Positions 24,519 through 38,639 of a DNA stretch of 64,000 bases are shown here, piece by piece. The stretch covers positions 6,967,101 to 7,031,100 of the forward strand of contig NC_134035.1 of the NCBI RefSeq assembly GCF_964204645.1, written 5' to 3'. Both the position numbers and the translations under genes were made by a program. The notes below the pieces were generated by a model. The model was given only the letters and a program-made list of their open reading frames with translations. It was not told the origin of the DNA and did no database searches. Position 1 is the first letter of the stretch. Every line of letters begins with the position of its first letter. Origin of the DNA: Tubulanus polymorphus. Its lineage: Eukaryota; Animalia; Nemertea.

Positions 24519-25663
24519 CGGTGTTGTCATATCGCGGAAAGACGTAATCGCGGAATTTTCAAAAAACGCGGAATTTCTTCATTTTTACTTTAAATAGTAA
24601 ACGGGTTTTCCCACGGGGATACCCACTGTCGGACAGGGCACCGGACCGATCGATGCAACGACTTAGGTTCGAATCCCATTATTTGCAGCCAATTATGGAA
24701 TTATTATATTACGATACCGTTGACTGGCTGCCACCTGTAGAAGAAGTCAGAATCAAGTGAGGTGAAAGAGACCAGGCACCTAATGTCTATTTCTATTAGG
24801 CAAACTTCGGTCATCGAAGTTCATCGACTTTTTGAGAACTTCAGAAACGAATATTATCAGATAAATATTGAGCACGTTCGCGGTGTCGGACCGTAGTTGT
24901 TGATGGTTGCAAACATGAAATCCTACGACCAAACAAGTACCGGTTCAAATTCCTTTGAAATTATTATAATTTTACGGCCGTCCAGTACCGGTACCAATAA
25001 GATTCTTTTGATCCAAATAATCAGCATAGGAACATATATGTTATAGCAGTCACAAAGTAAACATTAAAAAAAACGAAACCATTTTATAATCTTCATCATT
25101 TAATTCTAAAAGATAAACCACATTATTTCGCTTATAACAACAATGTAGACACACAACACGCATGAACAATCCTAAGCCAGAATGAAATATACATAATGTC
25201 TATTTATTTTCGTCTGACATCGATCCAGTTCCACAGTTGTGAGTTAACTATGAGTTACTTAGAATCAATTCATTTCCAATGTTTTAAATCCAGAGACCAG
25301 AGACAAATCTTAACTCGGAAGTGAGTCCTGGAGAATGACCCATGGTGTCATCACAAATCTTACGTTTACGTACCATCGATTTGTATTCCTTCAGTTAACG
25401 CAGCGATACTCTGTATCACTGAATTCGCAAAGCACGTATTGCCTAGGTTCTCCATTATTTGGAACAGTATCGTTAAGTTGTTGACTGGCGATATAATAAA
25501 TTATCAAATACTAATTCCCGGTGTTGAAAACCTGGGTCCGGTGCCCAGTCCGACAGTGGGTATCCCCGTGGGAAAACCCGTTTACTATTTATAGTAAAAA
25601 TGAAGAAATTCCGCGTTTTTGGAAAATTCCGCGATTCCGTCTTTCCGCGATATGACAACACCG
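24519..25663. mobile_element. Non-autonomous MULE-like DNA transposon with ~130-bp TIRs
   Basis: TIRs start CGGTGTTGTCATATCGCGGAAAGACG and end ..CGATATGACAACACCG; 9-bp TSD GCCCCATTG (24510-24518, 25664-25672); the HINE copy at ~40650-40670 shows the empty site. Confidence 0.85.
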
Positions 25664-27517
25664 GCCCCATTGAATGGGGCTAAACTTTCGATGTTTACGG
25701 CCCGATAGTGCTTTTGTAACGTTGATTCTTCAAAATACGCACGGAGTATTTGTAGATCGAAGTGAGCTGAATGATATCGGATTGTATCGGCAACAGCGGT
25801 AATGTAAAAAAGCCTATGTACTTTTGACAAAAAAGTGTGGAAAAAAATGATAATAAATATAGCTGCCAAGCAGCGATGACGGGTTTTCTGCAAAGGCATT
25901 CAGAATGATGGGAATTGTAGTAAATTGAAATATCGATACATAGTATAAAATGCATTGACAGATTCGGACCTAATATGCAACCACTGTGTAAACGTCAAAT
26001 ATGATACAGCTTTGAAACCGAAAATACGCGGACGTACAATCAACTAATATTAATTTATTTGACCAGGCGTTTATTTTGGCATTCAAACATCATGATACTG
26101 TATTATCACCATGCTTAAAAATGGATCTGTCCTATTAAGAACTCATCTTAAGCACCTGCTGAGTCGATAGATTGAGTGAATTTACAGATAAGAACGTATT
26201 ATGATTTAGAATAGATTTAAGAAGTTAATGTTTTTATTGAAATATTTGAATAAATACATATTGTAGTGTAGATTCAATCAATAAATTATGAATTGATTTG
26301 GTCTGAGTTTCGGGCTGATGTTGATTTTGACTTTTATGGATTACAAATTCTATAGTGATAAACAATTGATACCTGCAACATGTGCGTAAATCAAACCTAT
26401 TCCACTAGTTGTGTGTGTTTCCTAATAAACGGGAGAGTCACTCTTGATCTGAGTTATTAGAAAAATAACGTTCATTTAGTTATAGAAATTCATTGCCTTT
26501 TTGGAAATTCTGTAATAATATTTGTTCTGTCCTAATTTTTATTACTGTATGAACCAATGATATGCTTTGTAAATATGATGTAATAAAATAAATATGAATT
26601 TGAATTAAATTTGAACATGAGAATCAAGCATAACTTGTGTTTTTTCAACTTGTCTTACTTGTCTTTTGTTAACAGTTCCAGAGTTTCAATAACAATCAAA
26701 TCCAAATTGGCTAAGAGGTACATAGGACTAAAAGAAATGAACCGTTAGTTACTGCAAACCTATTCCAGTGTTATGTCGATCGTGTTGAATCACTTTCCTT
26801 GAGTTGAAAGAATCAGATCTTCTATGGTGCAACATCGGTCGAAGAGAGATATCTTCATTGGTGTTGACTGTCCTTGACCATCTAACTTCTTGCGTTTGAC
26901 ATTGGAATCAGCATCATTCCCATTTGAACTGCAAAATATTCATACAACATGAAAACCGACAGTACATGTATACTGTAATCAAACTTTCACCGATGTTGGA
27001 TATTTGAATGAACGTTAGGCTTATTTCAGTATTCTAAAGCAGGAAATAATAAGCCCAATCAATAGGCCCTTTTTCCATTGGAACAATTGTATAATGCGTA
27101 CAGCTGTACCGTACACTTATCAAGAATGGAGAAATCGGTATACCAAACCTACGAACAGCAAAATGTACAGGCCTACAATGATTTTTTTGTATACAAGCCG
27201 TGACCACATGAACGTTTTGGTTTAACTATTAATGTCAGTAGGTCAGAGAAGGCCTGGCCAAATTTAATCACATGGCTCAAATCAATTAGCCTTTCTGCGT
27301 GTGAATACTTCACTGTATTGTTTTAAAAATAGGCCTATCGAGTGAATTAGTACATAGACTGAATTAGACTTTAGGCTAGTCCTGACCTAATCCTATCCAT
27401 GTTATAATGGAACCAGTTATAGTAACATCACTGGAGGGCCGAAGAGAGGGAAAAAGTTGTGTTTGTAGTACATAGGCATGGTAGGCTTGTCGTACTCACT
27501 TAATACTTAAAACGCTG

Positions 27518-27842
27518 TTGTTACCTGTACGTGACTGTACGGCGATTTCTACAGGTTAGCCGTATGTGAGTAAGTTGACGCTCAGACTTGCAATATAGGG
27601 GTTCGAAACCAAACGAAAAAAAAATCCAGTAGTAGTCCAGTGATTTACCCACTGTGCCACGGAACGCAACTGCAGGGTGGATGAAATTTGATTTAGAAAT
27701 AGCCTAGCCTCACCTAACCCAAACTCTATTCTTTCACGCATGCACGTTTGCAGATTATAGAAACTCAAGTACAGCGTTTTTAGGGAACTCACGAACGGTT
27801 AACCTGTGGATATCACCGTACAGTCACGTACGGGTAACAACT
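27518..27842. mobile_element. MITE-like element enclosing a tRNA-like (SINE-type) segment; right end duplicated at ~27870-27980
   Basis: IR TGTTACCTGTACGTGACTGTACGG / CCGTACAGTCACGTACGGGTAACA; minus-strand A-box TGGCACAGTGG and B-box-like GGTTTCGAACCC at 27597-27665. Confidence 0.5.
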
Positions 27843-30800
27843 TCGTAATTCAAATGGTATTGGCTACTAGGAACTCACGTACAGCGTTAGTAGGGAACTC
27901 ACGTCAATTAAGCTGTGGAGATCACTATACAGTCACATACGGGTTACAACTTCGTATTCAAAATGGTATTGGCTACTATAATAGGCCTATAGACAAATAA
28001 ATACTGGTAGGCTTTCTTAGCTTCCACACTTCACAACCGAACCAACTGACCAACCAGTATATTTAGTCCCAGTGCACACCAACCGGTAGTCAGTAACCTG
28101 TCTGTGGTTTAGTTTCACGATCGGATATTTTCACAAACCACAGTCAGGAATGGGAAGGTCATTTTTGTATGAAATCTTCGTCAACCAATTTGACTGACGA
28201 GTAATTTGCCTGGCATTTCATTGTCTCTTAAGATATCCGTCAAATTTTTGTTGTAATCGACACACAACAGATTCGTAGTTTGTCTGATACCTATAACACC
28301 TCACCTGACGATCTTAATCCATGTGCAAATCGGCCGTAAAGTGGAGTAAATTTCCGTAGAGTCAACAGCTGCCATTTTAAAAATTACTGGAGGTGCTGGT
28401 GTAGCGGAAATTCGTTTCACTTCGTTCTGTTCTTTTTATTTTCCAGCTGCAGAGTCCTCCCCAGCTCAGTCTAAAATTCATATTAAATTCCTATTAAAAG
28501 TTTGTATGATGTAAAATAAAACCTTATAATGTATTTGTAACTCTTGAGACAAGAATGTTTAATGCTTTGGACTTCGGTCTGGTGGATTAGAAACTATTTT
28601 TATTTCTATCTTAATGAAATATTGTATGATTTAATCTGAATTCAAAAACTGTACCTAAAGACCTTTTCTATGTGTTCGGGTCACTCCCGGTTTGTATTTT
28701 TCGAGTTAATGTGCCTAAGTCGATGTTCCCGTGCTTAAATCGATATTTTTATGCTGTGCTCTGTGCCCGAGATGGCGCCACTATACGGTTCTTAATTGTA
28801 TTGTGTGCTCGGGGTGCTTTGTTTTAACCAATTAGATGGGGTTACGTCATAATCTGGGCTCTATAAAAGGCAAACATGTGCTTTATTAATTAGTCTCGGT
28901 GCACATTCTTAGGTGTGTATTACTAAGATTTTGAACTATGGGGGGAGGGATTAATCTAATTTTCTTAGTAAGTCATACTTAGCACTGATTCTCTTTAAGT
29001 ATTTCTTGATCCTTATTCTCAAAGTTGTTTTTCTTCCAAGATGTTTTCGGAAAACAATCTTTCAGGGTTCAAGGAGGTTTTCTCCTTCGAATTATTCCCC
29101 GAAAGTATTCTTCTTTCCGATTTCCTCTCTTGGTTTTTCCCTCAACTTTTGAGTTTTCGGAGTAGTGACCATCTCTTACATAAACATAATAGGAAGAATG
29201 ATTAAATAAATACTTAACTGGAACTATGATTAAATATAGCGAAAATTCTTATCTTTATTAAGAGCACTTAGAGTTACATCTTCTTTAGCGTAAAACGAGC
29301 GCAGGGTTTAAGTAACTATTGTTGAGTCGTAATGTTAGAATATCTGAAATCTTTATTCCTAATACTATTGAATTCTGGTGCGAGTCGTGCACTTGTAATA
29401 AGGGCAATATGCCCTTGTTAATCTCCTCCTTTGGTGGCCGGTTGGCCATCTTATCTACCTTAAATGTTGTAAATAAGAGATAACCTCGAGGTTGTGTATA
29501 TATTGTTCATTGTTCGAATATTTCCAAGAAATAATAAATAGTATTCAAGAGAATATTATCATATACATAAAATTCTAAATCTTTGCCTTTTTCCCTAAAC
29601 TATTTTTGTGGTGTCGGATTTACTATCAATTGAGGAAAGGATTTTCTTGTGCATTTTTGGGATTCTGTGACACCATAAAATATTCTTGAAGAATCTTGTG
29701 GGTTGGAGAGTTTAGGGCATCATGTAAGTCTTCAAAAAGGGGAAGCATTGAGGGCACCCTCTAGTGGGAGAGGCCAAATATTGGTGAATGCTCTTCGTTT
29801 TATTTAGTTGGTATCTATTATTCTTTTTGAAGCTAAACGCCTGATCAGGTCGGCTGTGGAGGCTGGAAATACTTGTAGCGCTGGACGCAGTCCTGTATTT
29901 CCTCCTCAGTCGGAGAGAAAGCTAGGGGATTTTTATTTTATTTGACTCATTCATGATTCTTCTATTAATTCTTTTGGTCACAGTTTTTCATACATGCACA
30001 CGCCTTTTTCATGGGTGATTTGTGAGGACATTCAGTCACCCGTGTTACCATTATGACTTATCACTGAGAATTAGGACTCCATTAAGTATTCTCACTCACC
30101 AGAGGAAGACTTGACCTTATTTTTGCGCGTTAAATCTCATGGAGGAAAACAAGAGAATTTTCCCCTTCTAGCTTCTCTACCTCCCAGATGCTAGTGACGT
30201 GAGCGAACCCTAGAAGCGACGCCTATATGCAACTTTTTTTCTTAAATGTATAGGATTATAGAAAGAGAGAGAGAGAGAGTTACCTGTATTCCCTCTTGGT
30301 CGAGGAAATTCCGAGAGTTGAGACCTTAGACTTGACATTATGAATTTTAACGGAAACGGAAGTAGATTTTTGTAGTCACTTGCCAAAGCACGCTACCCCG
30401 AATCCCGGTATTCCGCTTCACTGGCACCTGTGGACTGAGGCCAGGACAACAGCACAAACTAACGAAGCGAAACGACGAAATTGAAAAATATTAAGAAATC
30501 AACACTTATTCACATTTTTCTTTTACCAGAATTTATTATTTCATTATTTATAATGGAAAACACGAAGATTTGAAATATAGGTTGGAAAACCATCAAAAAT
30601 AAAAATTGTCGTTTCGTCTTGAAAGTTTTATCTAAATCCTTGTAGGTCCCCTTGTCTTATCATGCCACATGTGCAATACAGAGAAATGGCGGCCAATGGC
30701 GAAATTTGTAAGGAAATTAATTAATTTCTCAAAATAATGTTGATTAATCACTCGAAACATACATAGAATTGGATTATTTCGAAAGGTACCCGTGTTAGTT

Positions 30801-31509
30801 TGTGAATTAAGCCATTAATTGTGGACTGAAGTGGATAGAAAGTATATTTTTGAAGTGTTACTTTTTTCAACCGTGTTTTGGTCCTTGTCATCCCTAACGT
30901 TGGTATAAGCCCATCCGATTATAAAAAGCTTACCACCAACGATTAGGTAACTAACTAACCAACCGGCACAGGCCTAACGCTGTTTGTCAACTGTGTGTAC
31001 CGTAGTAGGCTATCGATAATCACCTGATACTTTTCTGTCGTTTGTTTTCTCTCTGAGACGAACGTAATTCTAGTAGCCCTACGCGACTTAACGACCTTGA
31101 TCTAAACGTGATAAATTCAAAATCTGTTTATTGACGCTTTTGGTTACATGAACTGATCAGCAATATACTTAAATGAAATAACCGGAATAACAAGAAATAT
31201 TAAAGAGGTAACAAACAAATGCCCGTAAACCTGTCAGACACGCGAACGCCGGACTCGTAAACTCTTGGACTCGGACCCGCTGAGCAATAAATTCATGAAA
31301 TTGACTTTGAAATTGCTTGTGGCGAAGAGAGGTATTATTCGATAGCTCTTCCTCGAAAAGAAGAGAGAAATGTCAGAAAGAAAACACAACATGGCTACTA
31401 ATTGAACAGAGCCAAATTTCCGATGTTTACGGCTCGACAGTGCCTTTATAACGTGGATTTATCAAAATTCCCATGCAGTATCTGGAGATTGAAGTGAGCT
31501 GAAGGATAT

Positions 31510-34500
31510 TTTAGCAACGGACTTTTTGCGCGTTGCCAATTTTACAAAACAGAAAATTCAAACGATTGAATTTATGTGTTAATACCAGTTTATTTTACGT
31601 CTTAATCAGTTGGATAGCAGGCACAGAGTGTTATGATAATTAGTTACAGTATACACAGAATAGAATCGAATATTATACTACTTGATTACTCATACTTCAT
31701 CAGATCGTAACTGAGATTGTCCTACAATGACTTTTCTTTAACTACATACTTAATACAAAGGCCTATTTCTACAAACAAATAATCATTAGCCGTCATTTTA
31801 GATTAAATACCTAATCTATAAAAATTGACTCTCAGTACCAAATGTACGTGTTACATAAAGGTCTGATTTCTCAGCTAAGCCTAGGTACACATTTATGCCA
31901 AAACATATATAAGATTTAACTATGAAAAATGGATGTAACTCACCTGAAAATTCAAACGATTGAATTTATGTGTTAATACCAGTTTATTTTACGTCTTAAT
32001 CAGTTGGATAGCAGGCATAGAGTGATCAAATCTGTGCTGCCAAAAACCAAGTTGATTAAGACACTCCCATCAAGAAATTAGTGACCAAAACTTCTAGCGA
32101 TTGGTTCATCCAAATCTTAATGACATATTAAGACACTAATTACCTGATGAGAGCTAAACTAGTTGCGAGGGCAGGTGAGTTGAGAGTTGTTTATATTGCT
32201 ATTACATCACTTATTCAAAAATAGTTCCAGTTCGCTAGGTAGACAAAATACTCAATAAACAAGACAGCCTACTTGAGCTGCCAAAACGGTATCCGGGTAA
32301 AAGTGACAAAGACTAAGGGTTAGATCCATTAATGGACATAGGAAAAATCTACAAATATGTTTTCTTAGCTACAAATGACCTGGCAAAATATTGATTACAA
32401 TATTTAAACATAAAAACACAATCCGCAGTTCCAGTTAAAAATACTCCTTGCTAAACTCTCCCACACTATATTCAAGCTTTTGTCCACAAAAGCAGAAAAT
32501 TAACACACAAGTCTAGGGAGGTAAAAATATAAAGTCATCTCATTCAACATAAGTCCTGCAATATATCTCTAAAAACTTACATTCCTATTCCATTGCATAA
32601 TTCTTATAATACTAAAAGGGTAAATACATGGCAAAACATCAGCAACAATCAACATAATCACCTAACAATAGACAGTGACTCATCGATATTGTTATATTAG
32701 AAAAAATAACCCAAATCCAGGTGTAGTAACATTAATAATCCTTATCATATAAAAATATGAAATACTCATCAAATCATAGATATAGTAAAAAAAATTCACA
32801 GATACAGAAAAATCACCGCCACCATTTAGCTGCAACATCGGCGCATTGAAAAATACTATAGAACGGATATACATTTTTTTTTTTTTTTTTTTTTTTTAAT
32901 GGTTTATAATATAATTATGTACCATGATCTGTACTATGAAAGTAATACAAATTTCATGACATTGGTAAATAGTACGCCAGATCCATATTATACTCGAAAA
33001 CTTGACATGTAGTATTTTAACTGACGGTAATCCTCGACGGAATGTAATTAATCAATAACCCAACAAAATTTAGACTACCACAGATTCATTCTCTTTGAAG
33101 ACGCATTGCACAAAATTCAAGATAACCTGTCACGACGATTCAAGTTGACCGGTGTGGGGTGGCAACTAACGGACACCGTAAGTTGTACCAGATCCAGGCG
33201 GACACGAGAGAAACATCCCGCACGAGATAAGTCATAGCTCACCAAGGGAAGAGACTAATCACGAAAAATCCTTCAACAAATTCCAGTATTCGAAAAATCG
33301 TTCCACCTAATAAAAAGAAATTCAACCTAGGAGTATGACACCTGCTATTTCAAGCAAGAGACGCGAAAGGAGAGTTGTGCGCACAACTCATAGCACATAT
33401 AAGTTGTCTCTACCCGTGCCAAACTCCTAAAAAAAACACATTCCAATCACAGTTGAAACAGCAAAATCGAGTTATGATCTCTTGAAACAGAACCTTCGTT
33501 TTCGCGTTTTACCCTGTCTCGTGTGGGTACGGAAGAACTCGTCCTTGGCCGACTGGGTAAGATTATCAGAAGGTTGCCACGAACTTGGAGATTTATCGGA
33601 CCATTTTACATAGCAGAGGTGTCTTTCAAATTCTGTTGAAATTGCTCGGCGATGACGGTCGTAAGAGCCTGCGATTTCTCCAAAGCAGCATCCGTCGAAG
33701 TTGCAGCAGCGGCTACAACAGGTGTAGATAACGGCACGAAATTGCTTGAGTTTTCGACGGTCAGGGCGATTTTTCGCAGTTTCGGCATGCTATCATCGGG
33801 CAAATGGCCAGCTACAGTCGCCGCAATTCGTGGCTGTAACCCTTGTATTGCCCGCGAAACGATTTGTTGCGGGGTCAGTGACGATTGTGACGCGAGAATG
33901 TCGATACGGTTAAGATAATCGTTCACCGACTCGTTTTGCGCTTGTATAATATTGGTCGTAAGCAACTGGTCCTCCAACGGCTGAAAGCGCTCTTTCAGTG
34001 CCGCTTTTAACTTATTGATATCTAGTTGGTCGGCAACCGGGAGGCTGTTCTTGATATTGGCCGCATGGTGCCCTAAATGATATAAAACACATCGACGTGT
34101 TTCTCCGCTGGTACGTTGTTCAGCCTGAGATATTGGTCGAAACGATCCAACCAGGCTGGTACATTGGTACCATACCCGACGCCAAAATAATCTAAACTAA
34201 CTTTCGGCATATTGCTTTGTTCGTCCCGTACTAACGCGTGCGCTTCCTGATTGTCCGTGCTGTGCACACGTATATCGACGGGCTGCAGACGTACCGGAGA
34301 GCTCAGTACAGCCAAATTCCAGAGAGGATCGTTCCTCGAAGTCGTCGATCTTGTTATCCTGCCGTTGTTTTGTGCTACCGAGCGAGGATTCATTTGCGAG
34401 AGGTTTCGGAAATCGTTAAAGGGTTCTCACCATTTTAGCAACGGGTTCTCCACCATTTTAGCAACGGACTTTTTGCGCGTTGCCAATTTTACAAAAACTG

Positions 34501-35009
34501 AAAATTCAAACGATTGAATTTATGTGTTAATACCAGTTTATTTTACGTCTTAATCAGTTGGATAGCAGGCATAGAGTGATCAAATCTGTGCTGCCAAAAA
34601 CCAAGTTGATTAAGACACTCCCATCAAGAAATTAGTGACCAAAACTTCTAGCGATTGGTTCATCCAAATCTTAATGACATATTAAGACACTAATTACCTG
34701 ATGAGAGCTAAACTAGTTGCGAGGGCAGGTGAGTTGAGAGTTGTTTGTATTGCTATTACATCACTTATTCAAAAATAGTGCCAGTTCGCTAGGTAGACAA
34801 AATACTCAATAAACAAGACAGCCTACTTGAGCTGCCAAAACGGTATCCGGGTAAAAGTGACAAAGACTGAGGGTTAGATCCATTAATGGACATAGGAAAA
34901 ATCTACAAATATGTTTTCTTAGCTACAAATGACCTGGCAAAATATTGATTACAATATTTAAACATAAAAACACAATCCGCAGTTCCAGTTAAAAATACTC
35001 CTTGCTAAA
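31510..35009 (-). mobile_element. Non-autonomous Gypsy-like LTR element (gag only) with TTTAGCAA...TTGCTAAA LTR termini
   Basis: 5' LTR 34457-35009, 3' LTR 31510-32455; ATAT TSD (31506-31509, 35010-35013); PBS TGGTGGAGAA next to the 5' LTR; PPT GTGTGGGAGAG before the 3' LTR; empty site visible at ~40760. Confidence 0.82.
33430..34210 (-). pseudogene. gag: Gypsy-type gag, frameshifted
   Basis: MPKVSLDYF...WLDRFDQY...LKAALKERFQP...QAQNESVNDYLNRI...IQGLQPRI; typical retrotransposon Gag; 3' limit approximate. Confidence 0.75.
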
Positions 35010-35699
35010 ATATCATACGGATTGTATCGGCGACAGCGGTAAGGTAAGGAAGCCTTTACACTTTTAACAAAAACTGTGTGGAAAAGGGAAAAAAATAATA
35101 ATAATCACGCGAATTTCAATAGGGTTTTCTGGAGTGAAGTCAATCTTAAGAATTAGCAGAACATGGTGTCACAAGCCCCGGGGCATGTCACGCCATATCT
35201 GACATGGCGTCACAAGCCCCGAGTAAAATGCAGACTATATATAATTCACGCGGAACGAAGATATATGTTCGCGTCGAACAGACCACGTTTTTAAGTCCGA
35301 TACTACGTGTAAAACCTGAATGATATAATTTCAAGTACCGGTATGTCAATGTGTAATGAATTTCTTCTTTTTCTAAACTTATTATCTAAACGTATACACA
35401 GTACCGGTACTTATACGTTATGAAGTATTCCGTTCAGTGCAACCACTTTGAAAGAAAATTATATCCCTTTTTTACTTAAGATTTTTATGTAAAATTCTTC
35501 GAATATGTTTTTTGCAGGTTTCCGTTATGGTGCGAGACGATCAGAAGATCATCAGCTACATTTACCAAAGCGATTTTTGTATATTTTTACATATGAACAA
35601 AATAAAAACAACGATTTATAAACTTTCTAAGACTTAATGATTGTTGTACTACTGATTGAAATTTAAGATAATCAGTCACAATTATTCATTTATTTCTAC

Positions 35700-37120
35700 G
35701 GAAATCCGATCGGGTCCTCTCACGCCATGAAAATTGAAGCTATTCTGCAGACCATTTAGGGCTCGATACGCCATATTGGCTGCTGAACATTTGGGGCCTG
35801 ACACGCATAGAAGACAAATCGCGATTTTTCTAGCAGTATTTGTTTTGTTTTATAAGACTTAATGATTATAAACAATATATATAAATAATTGAAACTAAAG
35901 ATATAATTAGCGGCAATTAGTTGCTTCCATAGAAAACTGATCGGGTCCTCTCACGCCATATTGGCGGCAGAACACTTTGGGGCCTGACACGCCATGTAGA
36001 AGACAGCGTGATTTTAGGAGCATTTTGAAACAATATTTGCCTTTTTTCTAAGTCTAAATGATTGACAAACCATGTATAATGATCAATCTTTGAATATTTA
36101 TGAAAATTATTCATCAATTGAAGCTATTCTGCAGACCGTTCGGGGCCTGACACGCCATATTGGCTGCAGAACATCTGGGGCCTGACACGCCATGTAGGAG
36201 ACAGCGTGATTTTAGGAGCTTTTTGAAACAATATTTGTCTTTTTTCTAAGTCTAAATGATTGACAAACCATGTAGAATGATAAATCTTTGAATATTTATG
36301 ATAATTAGTGACAATTATTCATCAATTGAAGCTATTCTGCAGACCGTTCGGGGCCTGACACGCCATATTGGCTGCAGAACATTTGGGGCCTGACACGCCA
36401 TGTAGAAGACAGCGTGATTTTAGGAGCTTTTTGAAACAATATTTGTCTTTTTTCTAAGTCTAAATGATTGACAAACCATGTAGAATGATAAATCTTTGAA
36501 CATTTAACACAATTTATGACAATTATTCATTTGTTTGTACGGAAAACCGTTCGGGTCCTCTCACGCCATGTCTCAATTGAAGCTATTCTGCAGACCATTT
36601 GGGGCCTGACACGCCATATTGGCTGCAGAACATTCGGGGCTTGACACGCCATAGAAGACAAATCGCGGTTTTTCTAGCAGTATTTGTTTTGTTTTCTAAC
36701 ACTTTGTGATTGTCAAATCATGAACAATATATAACAAATTGAAACTAAAGATATAATTAGTGACAATTAATTGCTTCCATAGAAAACCGATCGGGTCCTC
36801 TCACGCCATATTGGCTGCAGAACATTTGGGGCCTGACACGCCATGTAGAAGACAACGTGATTTTTGTAACAGTATTTGCTTTTTTCTAAGACTAAATGAT
36901 TGACAAACCATATAGTACGATTTAATCTTTGAAAATTTAAGAAAATTAGTGACAATTATTCATTTGTTTGTAGGAAAACCGATCGGGTCCTCTCACGCCA
37001 TGTTTCAATTGAAGCTTTTCTGCAGACCATTTGGGGCCTGACACGCCATGTAGAAGGCTTAGTGATTTTAGGAGCCATATTGACTGCAGATCACACTAGA
37101 TTGGAGCCTGGCTCACCATA
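35700..37120. repeat. Complex satellite built on GGGGCCTGACACGCCAT sub-repeats (~210-420 bp higher-order units)
   Basis: More than 15 occurrences of CACGCCAT with recurring TGAAGCTATTCTGCAGACC blocks. Confidence 0.85.
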
Positions 37121-38639
37121 TATGTTTTTCTAACATTATCTATGTTCTTCTAAGACTAATTGATCAACAAATCATGTAAAATAGATGAATGATTCATTGA
37201 AATGTAAGATAGTTCATTAAAATTTTTATTCTGTAAAACTCATTCAGTAGATATGTAATGTTTTTGTATTTTTCATATGCTGGCGAAATATGTGATTGTT
37301 TAAATTGTGTTTCAAAATAAAGTGTGTACACTGCATTAGATTAACAAACAACGATCAATTTCTATTCTGTAAAACTCATTTTGTAAATATGTATGCCAGT
37401 GAAGTAGGATAAGATAAGTTTTTAATTGTGTTTTAAGTGTAAAATGTTTTCAATCTATCAATACATTCCGTAAATAGATATGTTAAGTTTTACCTTACCC
37501 CCTGGTATTTTCCTGTTCCATCAGATTCTTACAAAATAAGAAATTCATATCAAATAAAGTTTGATTCAAACATTACTCGTTATAAGTTATTGATTAAAAG
37601 TAATCTTCTGAATCAAATCATGTTCATATATGCGATGTAATATGTAGGTCTTATTATGTATATATAGTACGTTGTAAATCATCTATGACAAATAAATATC
37701 CAATCGAATATTTCAACTTCGGAAGAAAAACCCGCGAGACGTAGTCGACGTTTCATCTCCTGCATAGGATTTGATTGAGCGATAACGGGTTTTCTGCTGT
37801 CTTAGAATCCTGTTCATCGGTGGATTTCGACAAAGCATTTGATAAGGCACAACATCAGCCATTACTAACTATACAGGCTATTGGGAAACAGTATCAATGA
37901 TAGGTCGCCCAAATGGCTCAGCAGTTATCTCTGAACGAAAACCAAAATAGCCAAAATCAACGGAACGCCTCATCTTGGAATAAGTTCTAAGTAGTGGAGT
38001 CACGCTAGGTAGTATCCTAAGTCGTCTACTGTTTCATGTCCTGACAAATGACATACACAGTAATCCAAAATATACCGCAAATCAATTGTGACAAAGTATT
38101 GATGCGAATGACCTATTTAGTTCATTGACCATGTACCGAACACTATTATTGTGCCCCAGCATTTGGGGTATTCTACCTGAACCCCAACATTCAATATGTC
38201 CACCAGATTCTGGTGATGATGAAGTCATTTTAATTTTTCTGCCAACTTCATTTCTTCTTTCATATTAATCAAACATTAAACATCATTAAGTATGCGTCCC
38301 CTTATTGAAATTAGGTTAACTATCTCAATATATCGATGTAACTAGGAAGACCTTATTTAAAATGTCGTGATTTTTATGTCGACTTTTTGCGATATTGTCT
38401 CAATAAATTGCCATACGTATCACGACATTTTAGCTAAAGGGGTGATAATTATGTCGACGGTACGCGGTTATGTTGAGATACAGACGTCGAGATTGGTGAA
38501 AGGCGTGATCCGTATAACGATTTATCGTGATATTAACACGATATATCGACTTAATTATGTCGATAAATCGCGATGTATCATATTTGTTCGACATAATTTC
38601 GTCGTGATAAAAGGTCGCGACGGTTTTGTACGGGTCCCA

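Noticed and set aside
27595-27670. tRNA gene (also B-box-like motifs at ~24665 and ~57975)
   Set aside because: A/B-box-like motifs only, no convincing cloverleaf; SINE-like remnants
28395-30490. Possible TIR element or LTR remnant
   Set aside because: Only weak inverted similarity (TTCGTTTCACTTCGTT versus AACGAAGCGAAACGA); no TSD or coding motif could be fixed
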